36,648 nt of DNA from Chloroflexota bacterium (GTDB lineage: Bacteria > Chloroflexota > Anaerolineae > Anaerolineales > UBA11858), in the NCBI GenBank assembly GCA_030666985.1, contig DAOUWT010000003.1:1-36648 (forward strand), given 5' to 3'. Both the position numbers and the translations under genes were made by a program. This document shows, piece by piece, positions 28,090 through 36,648 of this stretch (positions within the stretch are counted from its first letter, which is position 1; the number at the start of each line of letters is the position of its first letter). A model generated the notes under the pieces. It worked only from the letters and a program-made list of their open reading frames with translations, had not been told where the DNA came from and made no database searches.

Positions 28090-29745
28090 TTGCTTAGACG
28101 TTTCTTTTCTGGCTATCAGATCCGGCAAATGAGAGAGTATTTTACCGCGTATTTGATGATTGCCCCGGCAACTATTTTGATTTTCACTTTTGGCATTTTC
28201 CCGGTTGGGTTCGCGCTTTATGTGAGTATGCACAAATGGCGCATTAAACAGGGGGATTTCAAGGGACTTTTAAATTACGCAAGAGCTATTGATAATTTGA
28301 TTTATGTGCTCTTATTTGCGCTGGCAATTGGCGCGCTCGCGAGCGTGTATTTATTGCTGCGGCGGATTGTGAAGCGCGTCCAAGAGGGGGAGGGGGGGGC
28401 TTGGCAGCTCGTTTTTCCGGGAGCGTTATTTGCTGGGACAGCAATTGCCTTTCTTCGCTGGACAGTTTTGTTGCTTCCAGAAGTTTTAGATATTGGCAAC
28501 AAAATTTGGGGGATAGAGAAAACGCGGGAGCTTTTTAATCAGTTGTTGGGGGATGCTTTTCGCACGCCTCAAGCTTATGCCGGGTGGTGGCTCTTCGCGG
28601 GGATGGCTTTGGCCTCCATAGTTGTGGCGGCTCTTTGGGGGAGATTCTTCCGAGCGGGGCAGAACTTGGAGCAACTTTCAGATTTTACCATAGCTTGGCT
28701 TGTACTTGCCCTTGGGCTTGGTTTGGCTTGGTTCACTTATCATGAGGTTGTGAGCGCTTACCAAGCTGCGTTCGAAGAGGGCTCTGATCCTGGCATTTGG
28801 CCGCAAATCATTACCATAGGGTCTGGGGTTATTTTGTTAGTGGCGGGATGGAAGGTTTGGCAGAGCGCCGCCCGGCAAGATTCTAATTGGGCCTTTGCGG
28901 GACGTCTGCTGGGGGCGTTGGGATTGCTGGTGGGGGCGTGGCTGCTGATTGGAGAGCTTCCCATTGTGATGGCGTCTGGCGACAAGGACTTGTGGAAAGG
29001 TCTCAAAGTGACGATTTTCTATTCTTTGGGGACGGTTCCGTTTCAATTGTCGTTTTCGCTGGCTTTGGCCATTCTACTATTTCAGAAATTTTGGGGTTCT
29101 GACTTTTTCCGCATTATGTTTTTCTTGCCTTATGTCACTCCCACGGTGGCTAGTGCGGCTGTTTTTAGGCAGTTATTTTCCAACCGCTACCAAGCCCCTC
29201 TGAATCAATTATTATTGGCTTTGAACCTGGAACCACAGCAGTGGATACGGGAGCCGCAAGGTATTTTCACTATGCTGGGCGAGACGCTGGGGTTCGCGGT
29301 TCCCGATTGGGCTGCGGGGCCGAGCATGGCCTTGGTCGTGATCATGATATATTCCATTTGGACTTATGTTGGCTACGACACGGTGATTTACCTGGCGGGG
29401 CTGGGAAACATTTCCACTGAGTTAATTGAAGCGGCCGAGATTGATGGGGCCGGCAAATGGGAAGTTTTTAGGCATATTATTTTCCCCTTGTTGTCGCCCA
29501 CCACGTACTTTTTGTCTTTGATAGCTATTATTGGCACGTTCAAGGCTTTTGGGCATATTTGGGTGATGAGGCAGCAGGAGGCCATAGGCACCGTGGATAC
29601 CTTCAGCGTTATGGTGTTTACGGAATTTTTCGAGAAATTGCGCTATGGCTATGCCTCGGCCTTGGCTTTTGTGCTTTTCGCTATCATTTTGAGCCTAATG
29701 TATATCAATAACAAAGTTCAGGGGTCAAAGGTGTTTTATGGATAA
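28090..29745 (+). CDS. Carbohydrate ABC permease (MalF/UgpA-like) with large extra membrane region
   Basis: TTG start after GGAGG; FFLPYVTP.VA; EAA loop ELIEAAEIDGA..W..F..I..PLL.P; GYASA.A. Confidence 0.92.
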   Translation: MLRRFFSGYQIRQMREYFTAYLMIAPATILIFTFGIFPVGFALYVSMHKWRIKQGDFKGLLNYARAIDNLIYVLLFALAIGALASVYLLLRRIVKRVQEGEGGAWQLVFPGALFAGTAIAFLRWTVLLLPEVLDIGNKIWGIEKTRELFNQLLGDAFRTPQAYAGWWLFAGMALASIVVAALWGRFFRAGQNLEQLSDFTIAWLVLALGLGLAWFTYHEVVSAYQAAFEEGSDPGIWPQIITIGSGVILLVAGWKVWQSAARQDSNWAFAGRLLGALGLLVGAWLLIGELPIVMASGDKDLWKGLKVTIFYSLGTVPFQLSFSLALAILLFQKFWGSDFFRIMFFLPYVTPTVASAAVFRQLFSNRYQAPLNQLLLALNLEPQQWIREPQGIFTMLGETLGFAVPDWAAGPSMALVVIMIYSIWTYVGYDTVIYLAGLGNISTELIEAAEIDGAGKWEVFRHIIFPLLSPTTYFLSLIAIIGTFKAFGHIWVMRQQEAIGTVDTFSVMVFTEFFEKLRYGYASALAFVLFAIILSLMYINNKVQGSKVFYG

Positions 29746-30613
29746 TGTACAAATTTCTCAGTTAGCTCTTTGGGGGCGTGTCCAGAGATGGCTCCAAAAA
29801 GGATTTACATATTTTACTTTACTCTTTGGGTTGTTCATTGCTATTACTCCTTTTATATGGATGATTTTGACGTCTTTCATGTCTTTGGGAGAAGCTCAAG
29901 GCATACGGTGGATACCTTCAAGCTTACATTTTGAAAATTACGCCATAGCCTGGCAGCGAGCGGAGTTTTCGAATTTCTTTCTCAACAGCGTTAAGATTGC
30001 GGCTATCACATTGACGGGGCAGCTTACGGTTTCTGTGCTGGCGGCTTATGCCTTTGCCAGGATCAAGTTCCCTGGACGGGATTTGATTTTCGGCATTATG
30101 TTGAGTACAATGATGATACCCGCCATGGTGTTGATTATTCCTAACTTTTTGACAGTAACGTGGATAGGGCGCATTGGCCCTATCCCGTGGATCAACAATT
30201 GGCCCGCGCTCACAATCCCGTTTATGGGAAGCGTGTTTTCTGTTTTTCTCTTGCGTCAGTTTTTTGCCCAGGTACCTGATGAGCTTTTTGATGCGGCCAG
30301 GATGGATGGGGCCGGGCATTTACGCTTTTTGTGGAAGGTGGTGATGCCTTTGGCGAAAGCGCCCCTGATGGTCATTGTTGTCTTTTCTTTTATTGGCTCA
30401 TGGAACGCTCTGGCGTGGCCTTTGCTAGTGACCAACAACGACGATTGGCGTCCCATTGCGGTTGGTTTATATACCTTTATTGATGAAGCCGGTCAGGAGT
30501 TGAACTTGATGATGGCCGGGGCTTTTATTACTATTATTCCTATTCTAATTATTTATTTCTTCACCCAAAAACAATTTACAGAGAGTATTGCCCGCAGTGG
30601 GCTGAAAGGGTAG
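29738..30613 (+). CDS. Carbohydrate ABC permease (MalG/UgpE-like)
   Basis: NS, AAYAFAR..F.G, FLLRQFF..VP.EL.DAA.MDGA, WN...WPL. Confidence 0.94.
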   Translation: MDNVQISQLALWGRVQRWLQKGFTYFTLLFGLFIAITPFIWMILTSFMSLGEAQGIRWIPSSLHFENYAIAWQRAEFSNFFLNSVKIAAITLTGQLTVSVLAAYAFARIKFPGRDLIFGIMLSTMMIPAMVLIIPNFLTVTWIGRIGPIPWINNWPALTIPFMGSVFSVFLLRQFFAQVPDELFDAARMDGAGHLRFLWKVVMPLAKAPLMVIVVFSFIGSWNALAWPLLVTNNDDWRPIAVGLYTFIDEAGQELNLMMAGAFITIIPILIIYFFTQKQFTESIARSGLKG

Positions 30614-30864
30614 TGGCAGAATGGCGAATGGGTGAATGGCGAATGTGCGAATACCTCATCACTACATCACCTCGCCACCACATCACCCCGTTACCTCGTT
30701 ACCTCGTCACCCCGCTACCTAATTACAAGGAGGTGATAACCCTCAGATAATCCATTTTTTGTGGTAAACTAGTGAACGTTGTTTTGTTCATCGTGACCGT
30801 CCAAATATTTTCTTTTGGTTAGGTGCGATGTAGCTTTTAGTATTTCTCAAGGAGAGAACAATCT

Positions 30865-32250
30865 ATGTATAAGAAACTTTCTATCATTATGTTAGTTGTC
30901 ATGGTTTTCACCATGGTACTGACAGCTTGCAAGACCCCTGCTCCCGAACCTGTAGTAGAGGTCGAGGAAGTAGAAGAAGTTGAGCCTGAGCCAGAGATTG
31001 CAGGTGTTCCTGTTTCTGAGCTTGATGGTATTGAGATCAAATTCTGGCACGTCTGGGGCGAGGAAAAAGAAGAAGCTTTCCTGGCTGTTGTAGAAGAATT
31101 CAACAACACCAACGAATACGGAATCACCGTAATAGCCGAGAATCAAGGTGGTTATAGCGACCTTGAAGATAACTTCAACGCTGCTATTCAATCTGGTGAT
31201 GTTCCTACAGTGTTGGTTGGCTATAACAACGCTCTCGCAAGCTGGTATGGCGTTGATGCTCTTGCAGACCTTAACCCCTATTTCAGTGACCCAGTTGGTG
31301 GTTTCACCGATGAAGAGAAAGCTGATTTTTATCAGAGCGCTCTTGATGGTGGTGTGATTGCCGATGGTTCACGCGTAGGGCTTCCCCTTAGCCAATCTGT
31401 CAATGTTTTGTTCTACAATCATACCTGGGCACAAGAGCTAGGTTTTGAGAACGCCCCTCAGACCGCTGCCGAACTTAAAGAACAAGCTTGTGCGGCTGCA
31501 GAATTCAATAACAATGATGACGATCCTGATAACGATGGCACTGGCGGTTTGGTAATGTATGCTGGCGCTTCCAACGTTATGTCTTGGATATTCGCTTATG
31601 GCGACGACGGCCTAACAGATGATGGCACTGCTTATGACTTCGTTTCTGACGCTTTTGTTGCAGTAGCTACCATCTGGAAAGAGATGTGGGATGCAGGTTG
31701 TGCTTTCCCCACCGAAAGTTATCCCAACCCCGAGTTTGCTAGCCGCGGTACTCTCGCAACCATGAGCTCCAGCGCGGGTGTTTACTACCAGGAGAAGGCC
31801 TTCGAAGATGAAGGCGCCACCGACGATGAGTGGACTTTGATCCCCTTTGTTGGCCCGGATGGACAGAAAGCAGTTGATGCTTATGGTCAGTATCTAGCCG
31901 TTGTCAACACCACCCCCGCAAAGAAAGTTGCCGGTTGGGAGTTCTTGAAGTACTTCACCAGCCCCGCCGCCCAAGCACAGTGGATCAAGGCCAGTGGTTA
32001 TTTCTCTGTTCGCAAGAGTACAATTGATTTGTTGGCAGACTACCAAGAAGCAAACCCGAAATGGGCCACAGCTCGAGAATTGGTTCAATACGGTCATGCC
32101 GAACCCAACCATTCTTCTTGGAGTTCAGTCCGCCGCACTTTGGGCGATGCCTTCTACGAAATTCTTCAAGGTGGCATCCCGGATATTGTCCCGATTCTCG
32201 AAGCATTGAACGCTACCGCTGCCGAACTGATGGCAGAGGTTGAGGAATAA
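30865..32250 (+). CDS. ABC solute-binding lipoprotein (family 1, UgpB-like)
   Basis: Lipobox LTAC, I.FWH, V.EFN, LFYN, P.T..EL, W.FLKYFTSP..Q..W...SGY. Confidence 0.92.
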   Translation: MYKKLSIIMLVVMVFTMVLTACKTPAPEPVVEVEEVEEVEPEPEIAGVPVSELDGIEIKFWHVWGEEKEEAFLAVVEEFNNTNEYGITVIAENQGGYSDLEDNFNAAIQSGDVPTVLVGYNNALASWYGVDALADLNPYFSDPVGGFTDEEKADFYQSALDGGVIADGSRVGLPLSQSVNVLFYNHTWAQELGFENAPQTAAELKEQACAAAEFNNNDDDPDNDGTGGLVMYAGASNVMSWIFAYGDDGLTDDGTAYDFVSDAFVAVATIWKEMWDAGCAFPTESYPNPEFASRGTLATMSSSAGVYYQEKAFEDEGATDDEWTLIPFVGPDGQKAVDAYGQYLAVVNTTPAKKVAGWEFLKYFTSPAAQAQWIKASGYFSVRKSTIDLLADYQEANPKWATARELVQYGHAEPNHSSWSSVRRTLGDAFYEILQGGIPDIVPILEALNATAAELMAEVEE

Positions 32251-32284
32251 CCTTACGATTGAGTTTTTTCAAGTAGTGTAATAG

Positions 32285-32324
32285 AAGAGTGGGCATAGTC
32301 TCAGGACTATTGCCCACTCTTTTT
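32285..32324 (+). terminator. Intrinsic terminator between the two SBP genes
   Basis: AAGAGTGGGCATAGTC...GACTATTGCCCACTCTTTTT. Confidence 0.85.
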
Positions 32325-32358
32325 ATCTAGGCTAAAACTTATAGAGGAGGAAAGCGGC

Positions 32359-33804
32359 GTGCTAAAGAGAACTTTGCCTGTCGTTATATTAATCGCTTTT
32401 TCATTAAATGCTTGTGGCTCAAGTGCATTAGAGGAAACCACAGAAGCTGCTCGAGCAGAGACAGCTATCCCAATAACAGAAACAGTTGCCCCAACAAAAG
32501 ATGCGGAAGTAACTGAAGTAGCGCCGCATGAATCTACAATGACACCTGTATCCGAAGCTATGGGGGTTGAATTCTCGGAGCTTGAAGGCGTTTTAATAGA
32601 AGTTTGGCGGGTTTTGAATTATGGGGAACACGCCGAAGGGATGATGGCTATTGTTGATGCTTTTAACGCTGAAAACGAATGGGGGATTGTCGTTGAATTA
32701 AACACTTACGAGAATGCAGAAGAGGATATTCTTGCTGCTGCCGAATCGGGTAAATTGCCTGATGCCATTTTGTCCAATTCCGCTGTTTTAGCGGAATGGT
32801 ATAAAGACGATAGAGTAGTGGATATTACCCCTTATATCAACAATCCTACTGTTGGTTTGACGGATGAGGAAAAGGCTGATTTTTACCAGAGTATTTTTGA
32901 TAGCGCCACGATTGCCGATGGAGTTAGGGTTGGCTTTCCCTTGAGCCAGACGATCAATGTTTTATTCTATAACAAGACCTGGGCACAAGAGTTGGGCTTT
33001 GAAAACCCACCCCAGACTTCTGTTGAATTGAAGCAACAGGCTTGTGCCGCTGCGGCAGCTAATAACACTGATGAGCACCCTGAAAATGATGGTACTGGTG
33101 GTTTAGTTCTTTACCCAGGAGCTACAAATGTTATGTCTTGGTTATTCGTGTATGGCGATGATGGACTCGCCGATGATAGCACAGCCTACGACTTCACCTC
33201 CGCCGCTGCCCAAGCAGTTGCTGCCATCTGGAAAGAGATGTGGGATGAAGGATGCGCTTTCCCCACCGAGACTTACCCCAATCCCGAATTCGCGACCCGG
33301 CAAGCCCTCTTCATCATGAGTTCGAACGTTGAGATTCCTTACCTGGATAGAGCCTTCGAGACAGAAGATGCCACAGAGGATGAGTGGACCGTACTCTCTT
33401 TTGTTGGCCCGGATGGCACAAAAGCAGTGAATACTTATGGGCAGTATTTCGGTATTGTTGACACTACGCCTGAGAAGAAACTTGCGATTTGGTTGTTCTT
33501 GAAATATTTCACCTCGCCTGAGATACAAGCAGAGTGGAGCGATTGGAGTGCATATTATCCGGTTCGCAAGAGTGCTAGGGTTTTACTTGAGGACTACGGG
33601 ATTGAACATCCTCAATGGGGGTACGGCCTTGATTTGTTAGAGTATGGTCAAGTTGAACCATTTATGACATCTTGGAAATCGGTTCGTCGAGTTGTCTTTG
33701 ATGCTTTTAAGTGTATTCTCCAAGGCAACGCAGAAGATATTCCTTTGATGCTGGAAGAATTAGACGCCACCGCTGCCGAACTGAGGGCAGAGGTTGAGGA
33801 ATAA
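32359..33804 (+). CDS. ABC solute-binding lipoprotein, paralog of 30865-32250
   Basis: Lipobox LNAC; GTG start after GAGGAGG; long shared blocks (VLFYN.TWAQELGFEN.PQT, GCAFPTE.YPNPEFA). Confidence 0.92.
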   Translation: MLKRTLPVVILIAFSLNACGSSALEETTEAARAETAIPITETVAPTKDAEVTEVAPHESTMTPVSEAMGVEFSELEGVLIEVWRVLNYGEHAEGMMAIVDAFNAENEWGIVVELNTYENAEEDILAAAESGKLPDAILSNSAVLAEWYKDDRVVDITPYINNPTVGLTDEEKADFYQSIFDSATIADGVRVGFPLSQTINVLFYNKTWAQELGFENPPQTSVELKQQACAAAAANNTDEHPENDGTGGLVLYPGATNVMSWLFVYGDDGLADDSTAYDFTSAAAQAVAAIWKEMWDEGCAFPTETYPNPEFATRQALFIMSSNVEIPYLDRAFETEDATEDEWTVLSFVGPDGTKAVNTYGQYFGIVDTTPEKKLAIWLFLKYFTSPEIQAEWSDWSAYYPVRKSARVLLEDYGIEHPQWGYGLDLLEYGQVEPFMTSWKSVRRVVFDAFKCILQGNAEDIPLMLEELDATAAELRAEVEE

Positions 33805-33895
33805 ACTCATAGTCTAGTACTGTCAAGCGTGGATTGCCTTTTTTCTCTTTCACCATTACGAAGTACCCCCCTGGGGGTTGACAATGTAATTCAAC

Positions 33896-33985
33896 GTAAC
33901 CGTTCACACTCCCTATTAGGAACCGCGGTCCTTGGAGGAACGCGGTTCCTAAGCGTACATTTGGGGAAGGGAGGTGAACAATTAC
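33896..33985. mobile_element. IS66-like 90-bp MITE with 8-bp target-site duplication
   Basis: Ends GTAACCGTTCAC / GTGAACAATTAC. AATTCAAC duplicated at 33888-33895 and 33986-33993. A similar left end lies at 36583. Confidence 0.8.
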
Positions 33986-34010
33986 AATTCAACGGTAGGC
34001 AGCCATTCAC

Positions 34011-34832
34011 CTATTGAAAGTCATCGAATGAAATGAGCATTAAGGTGTCAAGATACACCTCTCCCCCTTTTGAGCCAATACGAAAACGCCAATCTTTTTC
34101 TATCCATTCTTCTCCAAATACCTGATTATAATGGACAACTTTTGTTGGATCATTTGCATCCCACATTACTGCTAAGAACTCACCATCAGATTTAACAGCC
34201 AACAATATGTAATTCCAATCATTCGCTTTTTGAGTTAGATTGCCAATAAGAGGCTGGTATCCTAACCACTCATCGCCGTGTCGGTTACTCATATTTGTTA
34301 CGTCTCCCCCATGAACTGACCAACCTCGAAAACTAGATGTTCCAAATTCGCCAGTTTGGATTCCAATATTGTAGTTTGCTCCTGACCCGTGTGAAAAGCG
34401 TGCAAATATTGCATGATTCTCTGAGAAACTGTCTTTTGTAATGAAGTATGCATCCCAGCCTGTAGTTTTATTCAGTATAATTTGCCCCTCCGAAAATTTC
34501 CCATTCTCGTACTTCCACATAAACGAAGATGTGTAATCTAAGTCATATTCATTAACAACTGTTGGATTATTTAGATATTCACTTAGAAAGGTAGGCGACT
34601 CGACAGTAGGTGTATAAGTCTGAGTAGGCGTTAGTGTAACAGTCGAGGTCGGTTGAGGTGTAGGCGTATTAGTGGGCACTAATGTTGCAGTTGGCAAAGG
34701 AGTATCCGTCAATTCAATCTCAGTTGGAGAAGGTTCTATTGTTGCTGTCACTTCTGGTGCAGATTTGCATCCAAATATGAAAATGAGACTACATAAGAAA
34801 ACACCTAAATGAAAGTAATTTTTTTGACACAT
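34011..34832 (-). CDS. Hypothetical lipoprotein with Pro/Thr linker and beta-rich domain
   Basis: ATG 34832 after AAAGGA; lipobox IFGC; TPTP repeats; aromatic-rich C-terminal domain; low GC. Confidence 0.8.
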   Translation of the reverse strand: MCQKNYFHLGVFLCSLIFIFGCKSAPEVTATIEPSPTEIELTDTPLPTATLVPTNTPTPQPTSTVTLTPTQTYTPTVESPTFLSEYLNNPTVVNEYDLDYTSSFMWKYENGKFSEGQIILNKTTGWDAYFITKDSFSENHAIFARFSHGSGANYNIGIQTGEFGTSSFRGWSVHGGDVTNMSNRHGDEWLGYQPLIGNLTQKANDWNYILLAVKSDGEFLAVMWDANDPTKVVHYNQVFGEEWIEKDWRFRIGSKGGEVYLDTLMLISFDDFQ

Positions 34833-34893
34833 AGCTAATCCTTTCGACCTAATAAATAACTCTTGGTGAATCTGGCTGGCTAACGATTTGGCG

Positions 34894-34941
34894 CTACAAT
34901 GCATAAAACTTCCAAAATTTCGGAGTCGCCTGGGAGTTCAT
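34894..34941 (-). pseudogene. Truncated ParE/RelE-like toxin N-terminus
   Basis: MNSQATPKFWKFYAL*; ATGA overlap with the extended upstream ORF. Confidence 0.55.
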
Positions 34942-35285
34942 TTTGGCGCGAGCCGCCCGTCTTTAGTGGTCGTTATGTCGGTGGTTTGTCCAGCATGATA
35001 CTCCTCAAGTGCTTCATGTGCCATTTCACGCATCACGCGCCTTCCTCCTGGCTTGGCAAACAATTCATCCTATTTTTCTTCGCTGGTACGGAGTTCTTCT
35101 GTCTCGGTTTCTTCTTTGTCTAACCAATCATCACTTTGATCAACTACCTGCGTATGTGCAGGCCTGGTTTGCAAAAAGCGGACAAAGTTATACGCCTGCG
35201 CAGCACGCTCAACGGGCATTTCTGTCACGAGGTCAGCTATCATTTGGGCGTAGTCTTTAGATTGAGTTGCTGTTTGTGTTTGCAT
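34938..35285 (-). pseudogene. Antitoxin-like gene with an in-frame TAG
   Basis: The frame continues past TAG 35070-35072 as EEK*DELFAKP...MREMAHEALEEYHAGQT to TGA at 34938; GAGG RBS. Confidence 0.65.
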
Positions 35286-35341
35286 GATTCGTTTACCTCT
35301 TCAATTTATACTCGTTCATTCGCTTTGATCTCATATTGATT

Positions 35342-35370
35342 ATTATTAGTCAATACACTGCATTTGTCAA
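35342..35370 (-). promoter_or_regulatory. Promoter of the decayed TA pair
   Basis: TTGACA-N17-AATAAT overlapped by a TATTGA-N10-TCAATA palindrome. Confidence 0.6.
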
Positions 35371-35539
35371 TATTTCGGAGTGTTTTCCACATGTGGTGGT
35401 GCAACCGGAATTGGACGCAGATTCACGCAGATTTGCACAGATAAAAACGGATCCCCCGGAGCGAATTTTACTGAAATCACGTTTGTATATACAGTCGCCC
35501 TATATGAGAAATGAGGTACTCTTTGAATTCTTCTAAAAA

Positions 35540-36535
35540 GTGTTATCATGCTTGCGAGCAACTCAAGTGCATGTGTGCCACAAGGAGAAAGGAATCCTGA
35601 ACAAAAACCGAACCAAAATTGAATCTGATTACCTCGCGCCAGTGCGGGATAAATTGCCGCCAGCATTGAGGCATTCAGGTCTTCTTACGCTTTTACAGCT
35701 TAGCCTGATAGAAGATTTATCCCCGGTAGCTGATTTGGCGCCGTTTGCCCCAAGTATTTCTCAAGGAGACGTGACCAGCGCAGCCACCTTAGAAGCCAAT
35801 ACTTTCTTAGAGGGAGAGATCATCGCCAAAGCAGACGGCGTCCTGGCCGGTTTACCCCTCGCTGAAGCTATATTTGCCCTGCTTGATCCCCAAATCACTT
35901 TTGCCCGCAAAAAAGAGGATGGCGCATTTGTAAAGGCGGGAGATGTTTTGGCCGCGGTTTCTGGCGCTGGCCGGGCCGTGTTGGCCGGAGAACGAGTCGC
36001 CTTGAATTTCTTGGGGCGTTTGTCGGGAATCGCCACCTTGACCCGCCGCTACGTGGACGCGGTGGATGGCACCGGAACGGTGATCCTCGACACCCGCAAG
36101 ACGGCCCCCGGCTTTCGTCTCCTGGATAAGTACGCCGTTCGCTTGGGGGGAGGGCAGAACCATCGCCTGGGTTTATACGATATGGTGCTCATAAAAGAAA
36201 ATCACATCGACGGGGCCGGCGGGATCACTGAGGCGGTGCGGCGCGTGCGCCAAAAATATGGCACTAAATATCCTATCGAGATCGAAACCGAAACCTTGGA
36301 CGATGTAAAAGAAGCCTTAACCCTAGAACCAGACCGCATTATGTTAGATAATATGTCCCTGGCGATCATGCGTCAGGCGGTGGAACTCGCGGCTGGGCGT
36401 GTCCCCCTGGAAGCCTCTGGGAATGTCAATTTACAAACGGTACGCGCTATCGCTGAAACTGGCGTGGACTTTATTTCCAGCGGCGCGTTGACGCATTCGG
36501 CACCTGTGTTCGATGTTAGTATGTTAGTTCGGTGA
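35540..36535 (+). CDS. nadC: Nicotinate-nucleotide diphosphorylase (carboxylating); true start probably further downstream
   Basis: ED...GDVTS, ERVALNFL..LSGIAT, DTRKT.PG, NHR.GL.D..LIKENH, IMLDNM, EASG, SSGALTHSA. Confidence 0.95.
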   Translation: MLSCLRATQVHVCHKEKGILNKNRTKIESDYLAPVRDKLPPALRHSGLLTLLQLSLIEDLSPVADLAPFAPSISQGDVTSAATLEANTFLEGEIIAKADGVLAGLPLAEAIFALLDPQITFARKKEDGAFVKAGDVLAAVSGAGRAVLAGERVALNFLGRLSGIATLTRRYVDAVDGTGTVILDTRKTAPGFRLLDKYAVRLGGGQNHRLGLYDMVLIKENHIDGAGGITEAVRRVRQKYGTKYPIEIETETLDDVKEALTLEPDRIMLDNMSLAIMRQAVELAAGRVPLEASGNVNLQTVRAIAETGVDFISSGALTHSAPVFDVSMLVR

Positions 36536-36648
36536 GCAGGGATTAGGAAATCGGGTATTAGGTATCAGGTAGCAGGCAGGTCGTAACCGTTCACCTCTCC
36601 CACCTCAATTTGGCAGACCTCCGAGGTTAGGCCGTTCCATCCTGGAAC

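Noticed and set aside
33821-33883. TGTCAA...TTGACA mini-element
   Set aside because: The inverted repeat is only about 6 bp and has no target duplication.
34878-34977. Complete attC upstream of the lipoprotein gene
   Set aside because: The L boxes do not pair, and most of the stretch is explained as TA coding remnant. Only the R'-like end is retained.
35070-35072. Pyrrolysine or amber recoding
   Set aside because: TAG is a normal stop in frr, glpX and others, and no pyl genes are present. A TGG>TAG mutation beside a truncated toxin is simpler.

Overview
Bacterial chromosomal window, most likely Chloroflexota/Anaerolineae. That is inferred from gene content (Elp3, multi-GAF hybrid kinase, acidic sugar-binding lipoproteins) and the dense intergenic heptamer and palindromic repeats. 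Left to right: a conserved hypothetical gene plus panB, divergent from folD-fhs-fdhD (FolD and Fhs look like the eukaryotic types); an IS1 remnant; frr-uppS-cdsA-glpX; a 1526-aa PAS/GAF hybrid histidine kinase; elp3 head-to-head with a Trm9/ALKBH8-like methyltransferase; an AT-rich patch with brnTA and DUF6516 (TumE-like) toxin-antitoxin pairs and one canonical-looking attC site but no integrase; an XPB-associated-domain gene, a DAGK-family kinase and a DUF429 gene; a DnaA-box array with a B. subtilis-like DnaA-trio unwinding element (candidate oriC, no dnaA in the window); glgC; tRNA-Leu(CAA); a phosphodiesterase divergent from an ABC permease/permease/SBP/SBP cluster; a cassette-like lipoprotein gene; a pseudogenised toxin-antitoxin pair; and nadC. 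Best leads: (1) a bacterial Elp3 + Trm9-like pair that could make mcm5U34; (2) the dnaA-unlinked oriC; (3) the unknown gene/panB/one-carbon cluster; (4) integrase-less cassettes; (5) MITEs with target-site duplications wrapped around REP-like palindromes. All family calls come from recalled motifs read by eye. No searches were run.
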